Shown piece by piece: positions 52,042-60,578 of a stretch of DNA of 64,000 nucleotides. The notes under the pieces were generated by a model that saw only the letters and a list, made by a program, of their open reading frames with translations, was not told the DNA's origin and did no database searches. A program made the translations under genes and the position numbers. The DNA is from Myxococcota bacterium (lineage in GTDB: Bacteria > Myxococcota > Kuafuiibacteriia > Kuafuiibacteriales > Kuafuiibacteriaceae). Within the stretch, counting starts at the first letter, position 1; every line of letters starts with the position of its first letter. The stretch covers positions 279,950-343,949 of the forward strand of contig JBHJGZ010000009.1 in assembly GCA_050331295.1 (NCBI GenBank), read 5' to 3'.

Positions 52042-52173
52042 ATGAGCTCAAAGAGCAAGCACAAGCGCCTGCGAATGAAGCGACGCATCAAGCACCGTCA
52101 GAAGAAGAAGGCACTCAGGGCCCAGGTGGCCGAGGGTCGAACGCAAAACGCGGCGCCCGACGCGGAGGGGTAG
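52042..52173 (+). CDS. candidate small, extremely basic protein (43 aa)
   Basis: Not in the ORF track. ATG 52042 to TAG 52171-52173 encodes MSSKSKHKRLRMKRRIKHRQKKKALRAQVAEGRTQNAAPDAEG. AGGA lies 8 nt upstream. ORF evidence only. Confidence 0.3.
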   Translation: MSSKSKHKRLRMKRRIKHRQKKKALRAQVAEGRTQNAAPDAEG

Positions 52174-52188
52174 CCCAAAACCGTTTTG

Positions 52189-53958
52189 CTAACCTTCGGG
52201 CCCTCGAGGCGTCGCGATTGATGGGGTTATGGGCCGGCGTTTCCGCCGGCGACGGGCTTTGCCGTCGGGCTTCGATTCGGATTCTCGGCGCTGGCCCGCT
52301 TCCTCGGCGCTCAAAGCATGACGATCCGTCGAACCCTCTGTGCTGTCGAGCACATTAGCCGTTCCAGGAGATGCTCGACCATTGAGACGCGACCGATGAT
52401 CCCTGGGAGGACCGCCGCGGCGCCCTGACGACGTCCGGGAGGCGCTTCCCTCGGTACTGAGGACGGTCTGCATCTCTCCATGTACGGAGTCCACGACGGG
52501 CGGGGGACCCAGATCCGCGCCCTCTTGAAGACCTCGCTTGTACCATGCCAGGACCTCGTCAAGGGGAAGGCCTAGGGCCCGGCATCGGATCTCGTACACC
52601 ACGAGCGCATCGTGAAAGAAGGGACGCTGCATGAGTGTGCTCGGAGAACCGCGTCGACGTCGTCGCGCTCCGCCGCCGGCCCTTCCCAGGTGCCGTTGCG
52701 CCTGAAAGACCTGGCGTACCTGTTCCTGCAATCGTCTGGTGAGACTGATCCGGCGTCCGAAGTCGTCCAGAAACTGGGCTTGTACCGCCAGCCGATCCGC
52801 CCCGTGCAGTTCGGCGTGGTCCAAGAGCACGGAAAGCGGAGCCATGACCAGGGCAGCGATAACCGCCGCATCACCCACCGGGCCTCGTCGGACCACGGTA
52901 TCCAGGGCACGAAGATGGTCGAACAAGCGGGCCACATTCTCGGCCGGGTCCGACCCATCGCCCCCCGCCGCCTCGGTTGATGACTCCAAGAATGATGCGA
53001 TCTCCGGCATCAGGACGGGGAGCACGTCCCACTCGACCAGCTTCTTGACGGTCGCTTCCGAGAACCCCGCCCGCAAAAGCTTCAGCAACTCCTCGAGCAG
53101 CCTCGCTGGGGCACAGCGGACCAGGTCGTGTCGATGTGACCGGATCCCTTCCTCCAGCGCCGGGTCCACGGCGAGACCGCTTCGGGCAGCGAATCGAACC
53201 GCCCGAAGTACACGAACTGGGTCTTCGCGCAATCGAATGTCGGGATCGCCGATCATTCGCAGGTAACGGGCCTGAATGTCCGGGAGCCCGCCGACGTGAT
53301 CGATGATTTTCTCCCTCGCGACGTCGTAGAAGAGTCCGTTGATTGTGAAGTCGCGACGTCTCGCATCCTCTTCTTCGGTTCCGAAGACGTTGTCTCGTCG
53401 GATGAGGAGGTCTTCTTCTTCTTCATCTCCGTTTTGGGCATTGGCGCGGAACGTTGCGACCTCGATGATCTTTCCGCCCCGATAGTAAAGGTGCACCAGG
53501 CGGAACCTTCGACCGATGATTCGACTGTTGCGAAAGACCGCTTTCACCTCTTCAGGTTTCGCATCGGTGCTCACGTCGAAGTCTTTGGGGGTGAGGCCCA
53601 GCAGCAGGTCTCGCACACATCCGCCGACCAGATAGGCCGTGTAGCCTGCCTTGCGCAGACGGCGGATGGCGGACACTGCGTGTGGGTCGAGTTTGTCCAT
53701 GGGAAACGCAGCCCGGCTTCGCCGGTCTTCCTCGGATGTGGAGGGCTCGGCCGTTTGGGGGGGCCCGAGAGGCGCGAGCTGGGCCACCCCGCTGGGCTCG
53801 CCGGAGTCGGCCTTGGCTCTTGCGGCGGCCTCTAAACTCGAGACGGCCTGGTCTAGAGCGAGCCGGGTTTGCTCGGCTGCAGGGGTTTTCCGGCTACGAG
53901 CATTCGCCCAATCTTTCACTTCGCGGGCGATCCGGAGGGTCTCGACCAGAAGGTCCAT
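52189..53958 (-). CDS. pcnB: poly(A) polymerase I (PcnB) with N- and C-terminal extensions
   Basis: 589 aa. YLVGGCVRDLLLGLTPKDFDVSTDAKPEEV, NSRIIGRRFRLVHLYY, RRDFTINGLFYD. Arg/Ser-rich tail. Confidence 0.9.
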   Translation of the reverse strand: MDLLVETLRIAREVKDWANARSRKTPAAEQTRLALDQAVSSLEAAARAKADSGEPSGVAQLAPLGPPQTAEPSTSEEDRRSRAAFPMDKLDPHAVSAIRRLRKAGYTAYLVGGCVRDLLLGLTPKDFDVSTDAKPEEVKAVFRNSRIIGRRFRLVHLYYRGGKIIEVATFRANAQNGDEEEEDLLIRRDNVFGTEEEDARRRDFTINGLFYDVAREKIIDHVGGLPDIQARYLRMIGDPDIRLREDPVRVLRAVRFAARSGLAVDPALEEGIRSHRHDLVRCAPARLLEELLKLLRAGFSEATVKKLVEWDVLPVLMPEIASFLESSTEAAGGDGSDPAENVARLFDHLRALDTVVRRGPVGDAAVIAALVMAPLSVLLDHAELHGADRLAVQAQFLDDFGRRISLTRRLQEQVRQVFQAQRHLGRAGGGARRRRRGSPSTLMQRPFFHDALVVYEIRCRALGLPLDEVLAWYKRGLQEGADLGPPPVVDSVHGEMQTVLSTEGSASRTSSGRRGGPPRDHRSRLNGRASPGTANVLDSTEGSTDRHALSAEEAGQRRESESKPDGKARRRRKRRPITPSIATPRGPEG

Positions 53959-54052
53959 GCGGAAGCGGCGGCATCCCGACGGCGCGCCGCCATTTTCATA
54001 GCAGCGGCGGCGCTGCCAGACAATGGATAACTAGGTCAAGTCGGGATCGAAC

Positions 54053-56017
54053 CTATGCTTGGTCGGCGACCTTCAGTCGAGGACGCGGGACCAGAGAACT
54101 GAGAAGCTGCTCGAGAAGCTCCTGGCTTTCGAGGTAAGTGTATCCATCGAGCCCGGCTTCGTAGTGCTTCAACAGGCTGGCGCTCTGCTCGAAGCTGATC
54201 GTGCCTTTGTTGAGCGCGCTCTCGATGGCGCCCCGCAGCCGTTCCATCAGCATGCGGTGGTCATAAGAGACGTAGGACAGAACGTCTTTCACCCGGTCGC
54301 CTTCGACCACATGCTTCACGCGGTATCCGGTCTCCGGCTGGTACGCGATGTGAACCGCGTTGACGTCGCCGAACAGGTTGTGGAGGTCGCCGAGGATCTC
54401 TTGGTAGGCGCCTACGAGGAAGATGCCCAGAACGTACGGCTGGTCCGAGAGGGGATGGAGTTCGAGGGTGTCCTTCACGTCGTGAAGGCCGATGAACTGG
54501 TCCATCTTGCCATCACTGTCACAAGTCAAATCGGCCAGGATCGCCCGGCGCGTAGGCTCCTCCGTCAGTCGATGAAGGGGCATCACCGGGAACAAGGCCT
54601 TGACCGCCCAAGAATCTGGCACGCTCTGGAACAAAGAAAAGTTGCAGTAAAAGATGTCGGAGAGCTGGCGCTCCAGGGTCTCCACATCCTCGGGCACGTA
54701 ATCGAGTTCTCTGACGATGCGCCAAATCTTGCGCGCCGTCGCCCAAAACAACTGCTCAACCAGCGCACGGTCTTCGAGGTCGAGAATCCCGTGTCGATAG
54801 AGGGACATCGCGTCTTCTTTCAGTTGTACGGCGTCGTGATACGCCTCTTGGAAGTTCTTGCGACTCACGGTGCCTGCGACTTCACGCAGCTCTTCGATCA
54901 GCTGATGTTCCTCTCGGTCGTCGCTGGGAGCTGGCATCTGCGTCGTCTCCTCGGTGGCTCCCAGCACGTCGAAGACGAGCACGGATTGATGGGCCACGAG
55001 CGCTCGGCCGGATTCTGAAATGATGGTCGGATGGGGTACGCCGGCGTCGGTCAGCGCAACCTGAATGGCATAGACGACGTCGGCAGCATATTCATCGAGT
55101 GAGTAGTTCTTCGATGCATGGAAATTGGTTTGCGAACCGTCGTAGTCTACCGCGAGCCCTCCTCCGACATCGAAGTATTCCAGGGGCGCACCCATCTTGT
55201 AGAGGTCGATGAAGATGCGGGTACCTTCACCTAAGGCATCCTTGATGGCCCGGATCGCCGTGATTTGTGAGCCGATATGGAAGTGAAGGCACTTCAGGCG
55301 GTCGAGCATTCCTTCAGCCTCGAGCAGATGCACGGCTCGAACCATCTCGCTGGCCGTCAACCCGAATTTCGATCGATCGCCTCCCGATTCGGCCCATCGA
55401 CCGCTCCCTTTGGTGGACAGCTTGGCCCGGACGCCGATGTTGGCGGCTATCCCCATCCGCTTGGAGATCTCCACGATTCCCGATAATTCTGCGAATCGGT
55501 CCGCGATGATCAGCGTCTTCACACCCAGGCGCTGGGCCAAGAGGGCGGTTTCGACGTAAGCCGGGTCCTTGTAGCCGTTACAGACGATGACTCCATCACT
55601 GGAGCCCATCATGGCTATCGCGACCAAGAGTTCGGGCTTACTGCCGGCTTCGAGACCCACCCGAAAGGGATGACCGATCTCGAGGAGTTCCTCGACGACG
55701 TGCCGCTGCTGATTGACCTTGATGGGCATGACCAGCTGGTACTGGCCCTCGTACTCGTACTCGACGATTTTGCTCTGGAAGGCGTTGTGAATCTCCTCGA
55801 CTCGGCGACTCAAGATATCGGAGAACCGCAGCAAGAGGGGCAGCGACAGGCCTCGACGAACCAAGTCGTCGACGAGCCGTTTCACGTCTAGGGGCTGACC
55901 TCGGGTCGCGTTCGCGGTCAGCATCACATTACCTTCATCACTGATGTCGAAGTACCCGTTGCTCCACCCTGCGATGTTGTACAGTTCGGCCGAATCTCGG
56001 ATCGTCCACGGCTTCAT
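54053..56017 (-). CDS. speA: biosynthetic arginine decarboxylase
   Basis: 654 aa. MKPWTIRDSAELYNIAGWSNGYFDISDEGNV. PLP Lys region LVMPIKVNQQRHV. Full-length match to the SpeA architecture. Confidence 0.95.
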   Translation of the reverse strand: MKPWTIRDSAELYNIAGWSNGYFDISDEGNVMLTANATRGQPLDVKRLVDDLVRRGLSLPLLLRFSDILSRRVEEIHNAFQSKIVEYEYEGQYQLVMPIKVNQQRHVVEELLEIGHPFRVGLEAGSKPELLVAIAMMGSSDGVIVCNGYKDPAYVETALLAQRLGVKTLIIADRFAELSGIVEISKRMGIAANIGVRAKLSTKGSGRWAESGGDRSKFGLTASEMVRAVHLLEAEGMLDRLKCLHFHIGSQITAIRAIKDALGEGTRIFIDLYKMGAPLEYFDVGGGLAVDYDGSQTNFHASKNYSLDEYAADVVYAIQVALTDAGVPHPTIISESGRALVAHQSVLVFDVLGATEETTQMPAPSDDREEHQLIEELREVAGTVSRKNFQEAYHDAVQLKEDAMSLYRHGILDLEDRALVEQLFWATARKIWRIVRELDYVPEDVETLERQLSDIFYCNFSLFQSVPDSWAVKALFPVMPLHRLTEEPTRRAILADLTCDSDGKMDQFIGLHDVKDTLELHPLSDQPYVLGIFLVGAYQEILGDLHNLFGDVNAVHIAYQPETGYRVKHVVEGDRVKDVLSYVSYDHRMLMERLRGAIESALNKGTISFEQSASLLKHYEAGLDGYTYLESQELLEQLLSSLVPRPRLKVADQA

Positions 56018-56076
56018 TTCGTTGTAACTTCGCAGAACCCAGAGCGGCCGTCGAGATCTAACGAGGATGTGGCGCG

Positions 56077-56541
56077 ATGACCGTGGTATTCCAAAGAAGG
56101 CGTCGCGTCGGTGCGAAGGGCGGTGACGGGCGACGCTTGAAGACCGCTGCTCAGTTCGCCTTGGACTTCGAGGGTTCGGGACACCGGGAGATGGGCCTTC
56201 TGTTGACCGATGACCGCGAGGTCCGGGAACTCAACCGAAGCTATCGGGCGGTAGACCGACCGACGGATGTCCTGGCCTTCGCGATGGATGAAGGGGCCGC
56301 ACTCCCGGCCGGCCTTCCCCAAGTCGCATCCCTCGGCGACGTCATCGTCAGCGTGGAACGGGCGGCCCATCAAGCGATGAGCCGCAGGGTAAGTCTGGCG
56401 TCGGAGCTGGAACTGCTGGTTGTGCACGGGACGCTCCATCTCTTGGGCTACGATCATGGCACGCCCGCCGACTCGCGCCGCATGAGGGCGCGAACGCGGG
56501 CGATTCGATATCGATTGGGACGCGCGCTCGGGATTGACTGA
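56077..56541 (+). CDS. ybeY: rRNA maturation endoribonuclease YbeY
   Basis: 154 aa. LLLTDDREVRELNRSYR, PTDVLAF, zinc motif HGTLHLLGYDH. Confidence 0.9.
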   Translation: MTVVFQRRRRVGAKGGDGRRLKTAAQFALDFEGSGHREMGLLLTDDREVRELNRSYRAVDRPTDVLAFAMDEGAALPAGLPQVASLGDVIVSVERAAHQAMSRRVSLASELELLVVHGTLHLLGYDHGTPADSRRMRARTRAIRYRLGRALGID

Positions 56542-56567
56542 CCCGGTTCAGCTGCGAACATGCGCCC

Positions 56568-57830
56568 ATGGACGCGCCCGCCCAGAGAGGCATTCCAGTC
56601 CCCCGTGGAGAGAGGTCTCCCCTTCCGAAGCTCGGACCGGTCCCGGACGCACCCGAGGGTTCCAGCAAGATGACGCTGGATCTGGGGCCGTCTCACCCTG
56701 CGATGCACGGTACCATCAAGATGAGGGTACTGCTGGACGGTGAGACGATCGAACGAATGGACGTGGACCCCGGCTATCTCCACCGGGGATTCGAGAAGAG
56801 TTGCGAGGTCGCTACGTGGACGATGATTTTTCCCTACACCGACCGGCTCAACTATGTCTCTCCACTTATCAATAACAATGCTTATGCCGCAGCCGTAGAA
56901 AAGCTCTTTGATATCGAGATTCCGGAGCGGGCCAAGTATCTACGCACCATAGCAGCAGAGCTTAGCCGCATGTCGGACCATTGCACCTGTATCGGCGCGG
57001 GAACCATGGAGTTGGGCGCCTTCACGGGGATGCTCTACCTCATCGAGGCGCGCGACATTCTTTGGGATGCCGTAGAGGAGCTCACGGGTGCGCGGCTGAC
57101 CGTGAGCTACACTCGCATCGGAGGTGTGGTCGCTGATCTCCCGGATGGATACGCCGACAGCCTCCGATCCCGATTGGACCGGGTCGTCAAGCTCATGGAC
57201 GACGTCGAAACGCTGCTGAACCAGAATCAGATTTTCATTCAAAGAATGAAGGGGGTCGGCGCCATGAAGGCCGTCGACGCCATCGACTGGGGTTGGACCG
57301 GACCATGTTTGCGAAGCACCGGCGTCCCGTACGACGTGCGTCGGGCAGCGCCCTATGAAGTTTACGGCCGACTCGAATTCGACATCCCGATCGGCGAAAA
57401 CGGCGACAATTACGACCGGTACCTCGTTCGGATGCAAGAGATCCACGAGTCGCGCCGAATCATTCTTCAGTGCCTCGACCAAATTGGCGACACCGAGCCC
57501 GACCTGATCGTACGTGATTCGCGCATCATGCTCCCGGATAAGGGAAAGGTTCATACCGCCATCGAGGAGCTGATGAACCACTTCAAGATCATCATCGACG
57601 GAATTCAGGTGCCGGAGGGGGAGGCCTACGCCTATCAAGAAGGAGCGAACGGAGAGCTCGGGTTCTACATCGTCTCGGACGGCGGTGGGCGACCCTGGAA
57701 GATTCGCTGCCGACCGCCGTGCTGGCCCATCACATCGTCGCTGCCGGTCCTCGTCGAGGGCATCATGGTGGCGGATGTGGTCCCCACGTTCGGTTCGATC
57801 AACATGATCGGTGGCGAATGTGACCGATGA
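56568..57830 (+). CDS. nuoD: NADH-quinone oxidoreductase subunit D (NuoD/Nqo4 homolog), not flanked by other nuo genes
   Basis: 420 aa (alternative ATG 56670). LDLGPSHPAMHGTIKM, PGYLHRGFEK, DRLNY, SINMIGGECDR. No NiFe CxxC motifs. The His and Tyr corresponding to T. thermophilus Nqo4 H38/Y87 are present by my alignment. Confidence 0.88.
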   Translation: MDAPAQRGIPVPRGERSPLPKLGPVPDAPEGSSKMTLDLGPSHPAMHGTIKMRVLLDGETIERMDVDPGYLHRGFEKSCEVATWTMIFPYTDRLNYVSPLINNNAYAAAVEKLFDIEIPERAKYLRTIAAELSRMSDHCTCIGAGTMELGAFTGMLYLIEARDILWDAVEELTGARLTVSYTRIGGVVADLPDGYADSLRSRLDRVVKLMDDVETLLNQNQIFIQRMKGVGAMKAVDAIDWGWTGPCLRSTGVPYDVRRAAPYEVYGRLEFDIPIGENGDNYDRYLVRMQEIHESRRIILQCLDQIGDTEPDLIVRDSRIMLPDKGKVHTAIEELMNHFKIIIDGIQVPEGEAYAYQEGANGELGFYIVSDGGGRPWKIRCRPPCWPITSSLPVLVEGIMVADVVPTFGSINMIGGECDR

Positions 57831-58879
57831 CCGCAGTCGATGGGCCTAAACGGAGCTTGGTGGAGCGAATTGTTCAAGCCGGAGAACACGCCAACACGTA
57901 CCGGCAGGACGTGGCGTATCTGTTGGCTTTGATCTCTACGTGGAGCTATTCCGAGCCAGAAACCTTGGGCAAGGTGCTCCGGCGGCCATCGGTGGGAGGA
58001 CCTGATAGACTCTTGCGTCTCGAACAGCATTCGGTTCGCAACCCGGCACTACCGGTCGATGTGAACTGCTATGTGATCACCTTTGATGGTGGAGACCAGC
58101 CACCGCTCAATGTGGTCTGTTTCCGGGGTACGGAGCTGACGAACATCATCGATCTCTTGACCGATGCCTTGGTGGAACCGCACCCGTGGCCCGGTGGCTC
58201 GGGGGAGGAGGAATGGGTGCATCGAGGATTCTTTCTGAGCCTCGACGTACTCTGGCCCGAACTTCGAGATGTGATGTCGGAACTTCGTGGTCCGCTCTAC
58301 ATGACCGGCCATAGTCTTGGCGGTGCAGTTTCGGTGCTGGCCGCCCGTCGATTCTTCGACGACCGCGTATTCGGGCCAACTCTTCTTGGAATCTACACGT
58401 TCGGCCAGCCCATGGTGGGCGGTCGTGCCTTCGCCAGGTCGTGGCCGGGTGCTCCCCTTCATCGGCACGTCTACGACCAAGATGTCGTGGTGCGTCTTCC
58501 TCCTCTTCTTTCGGATTCGGACACCAATACCTACCACCACTTTGGCCGAACGTGGTTTCCGGCCCGACGTGATGGAGCGCCTGTTGTTTGGTCTGAACTC
58601 CGTCCAGAGACAGATGCCGAGACCATCAAGGACATCAATACCGCGTGCGAAGGGTTCGACATCCTCCCAGCCCTCCTTACCCTCATCACCACGCGCGCTC
58701 CTTCTTTACCAACCGAGATGCTGGAATTCGTCGCGCAGCTACCCACGGTCAATCGCTGGATCGGCCGGGCGCCCCTCCGATTGCTCCGAGGGGAACGGGT
58801 GATACCGAAGGCCCGATTCTCGCTGAATGACCATATCCCGACCTACTATGTCGACGTCTCACGCAACAGTCTCGTTTGA
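57827..58879 (+). CDS. class 3 lipase family alpha/beta hydrolase
   Basis: 350 aa. The ATG overlaps the nuoD stop (ATGA). VCFRGTE, VHRGFF, nucleophile elbow YMTGHSLGGAVSVLAA. Confidence 0.82.
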   Translation: MTAVDGPKRSLVERIVQAGEHANTYRQDVAYLLALISTWSYSEPETLGKVLRRPSVGGPDRLLRLEQHSVRNPALPVDVNCYVITFDGGDQPPLNVVCFRGTELTNIIDLLTDALVEPHPWPGGSGEEEWVHRGFFLSLDVLWPELRDVMSELRGPLYMTGHSLGGAVSVLAARRFFDDRVFGPTLLGIYTFGQPMVGGRAFARSWPGAPLHRHVYDQDVVVRLPPLLSDSDTNTYHHFGRTWFPARRDGAPVVWSELRPETDAETIKDINTACEGFDILPALLTLITTRAPSLPTEMLEFVAQLPTVNRWIGRAPLRLLRGERVIPKARFSLNDHIPTYYVDVSRNSLV

Positions 58880-59542
58880 ATGTCCGTCTGCGCCGGAACC
58901 GGTTGGATTTTCCGCAACCACGAAGACCTCACGACTGCCCTCACGCGTCGCTTCCGGCTTTATCAGTCTCACGATGCGGAAAGCACGCTTGCATCGCAGC
59001 AGGAAGTCGTCCGTCTCTCTGCCTTGGAAGAGCTTCGCCACGAATCGACCGTTGGGCTTGAGGACCCTGATGGCCAGCCCGAGCGCATGGTCCGCGAGGG
59101 CTATCTGGCGAACTTGGTCGGCGTCGCGAATGCCCGTCAGCTTCGGAGCCATGTCGGAGAGCAAAACGTCGGCGCCAAAACTCGGTGGGACTGGCGACGG
59201 CGCCGGAACGCCTTTTCGTTCAGCTGTCCAGTCCGACAGATCCTGTCGAACTCGATCAGGATTCAGGGCCTCTACCGGAGTTTCGAATGCCCGAACGTTG
59301 AGTCCCGGATTGATGCTGATCGCCGCGATATCGTATCCGACTACGATACCCTTCTTCCCAACCGCCTGAGATAGGTACTGAAGCCACGAACCGGGCGCTG
59401 ACCCGAGGTCTACGATTTTGTCGCCTTTCCGCACGACCCGAAATCGCCGGTCTAGTTCTTCCAACTTGTAAACGGAGCGGGCCGCAAAATGGTCTTGCTT
59501 GGCCTTTCGATGAAAGCGGTCTTGCTTGGTGTACCTCGGCAT
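58859..59542 (-). CDS. rlmE: 23S rRNA (uridine2552-2'-O)-methyltransferase RlmE (FtsJ)
   Basis: 227 aa. RSVYKLEELDRRF, VDLGSAPGSWLQY, VLLSDMAP, FVAKLFQG. The 3' end overlaps the convergent lipase gene by 21 nt. Confidence 0.9.
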   Translation of the reverse strand: MPRYTKQDRFHRKAKQDHFAARSVYKLEELDRRFRVVRKGDKIVDLGSAPGSWLQYLSQAVGKKGIVVGYDIAAISINPGLNVRAFETPVEALNPDRVRQDLSDWTAERKGVPAPSPVPPSFGADVLLSDMAPKLTGIRDADQVRQIALADHALGLAIRVLKPNGRFVAKLFQGRETDDFLLRCKRAFRIVRLIKPEATREGSREVFVVAENPTGSGADGHSNETVA

Positions 59543-59615
59543 CGTTGGGCCACAACCGATTGAGGCTCGGCGACTCGGGTCGCGGACTCGCCACTGGACC
59601 CGCGTGCACGCGCCT

Positions 59616-60284
59616 TTAAGCGGCCTGAACCAATTTCCCCGGGTTCTTGGCCGCCTTGCGCAGGATCACGTACCCGTTCTTCGGGCCCGGAACCGAACCC
59701 CTGACCAGGACGATGTTCTTGTCGAGGTCGATCTTGACGATCCTGACGTTCTGCGTAGTGACCCGACTGTTGCCCATGTGTCCGGGAAGACGCTTGCCTT
59801 TGTGCACTTCGCCGGGCGTTGTTCGACAGCCGATGGAACCCACGTGTCGGAATTGCTCGTGCGTTCCGTGGGTCGCCTGCTTAGCACCCTTCATGCCATG
59901 CCGTCGGATGACGCCCGCGAAGCCCTTGCCCTTGCTGGTACCCGTCACATCCACCAGCTCCTGCTCCTGAAAGATATCGGCCTTGATGAACTGGCCCACT
60001 TCGAAGCCCTGGACGACATCCTTATCCAGCCGAAACTCGCGAACGATTCGGACGGGTTTGACGTCGCAGCGCTTGAAGTGCCCCTGCATGGGTTTGTTGA
60101 CCTTGCGATGGTCGACTTCGTCGAACCCGAGCTGAAGCGCGTTGTAGCCGTCTTTCGTCTCTTCCGTCTTTTTTTGAAGCACCACGTTTGGCCCGAGGGC
60201 CACCGCGGTGACCGGAATGCGAGCACCGTCGTCAAAAATCTGGGTCATCCCCAGCTTCTTTCCAATGATTCCCATGCGATTCAT
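59616..60284 (-). CDS. rplC: 50S ribosomal protein L3
   Basis: 222 aa. GIIGKKLGMTQIFDDGARIPVTAV, VDVTGTSKGKGFAGVIRRHG, ATHGTHEQFRHVGSIG, PGHMGNSRVTTQN. Collinear with E. coli L3 (from memory). There is no rpsJ upstream and no rplD downstream. Confidence 0.93.
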   Translation of the reverse strand: MNRMGIIGKKLGMTQIFDDGARIPVTAVALGPNVVLQKKTEETKDGYNALQLGFDEVDHRKVNKPMQGHFKRCDVKPVRIVREFRLDKDVVQGFEVGQFIKADIFQEQELVDVTGTSKGKGFAGVIRRHGMKGAKQATHGTHEQFRHVGSIGCRTTPGEVHKGKRLPGHMGNSRVTTQNVRIVKIDLDKNIVLVRGSVPGPKNGYVILRKAAKNPGKLVQAA

Positions 60285-60578
60285 TTCGATCCCTCATGTC
60301 GAGCGGTGCGGAAGCGGCCATGCCAGCCTCCGTACCTCCACGACCAGTTGACCGGATTGGCCCCTGCACGGGCAGGGCATCTCGGTTTCGCGTTCCCGCG
60401 GAGCGCGGCACAGTATCTAGCGCCTGGGCGGAGTCAAGACATTGTGCTCTCGCCCCGCGCTCTCGCCGCCGTTCGTGCGGAGAAGGCCGGGTTTCCATTG
60501 TCCCGCTCAGGGGCCCGGGGACGCCGAGTTCCGTTGTCTCGGCGCGATCGCCGGTGATAGCTTCGCGAAATCCCTGGA

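Noticed and set aside
56568-57830. NuoD-like ORF as a [NiFe]-hydrogenase large subunit
   Set aside because: The N-terminal RxCxxC and C-terminal DPCxxC nickel-binding motifs are absent (GPSHPAMHG and GGECDR instead). This is the NuoD/Nqo4 pattern.
60285-60578. Missing rpsJ or another small gene or ncRNA in the long region upstream of rplC
   Set aside because: The only ORFs there (for example 60232-60498 minus, 60296-60673 plus) are Arg/Pro-rich with no S10 similarity. I could not recognise any known ncRNA family by eye. The region is kept as a possible leader under the rplC finding.
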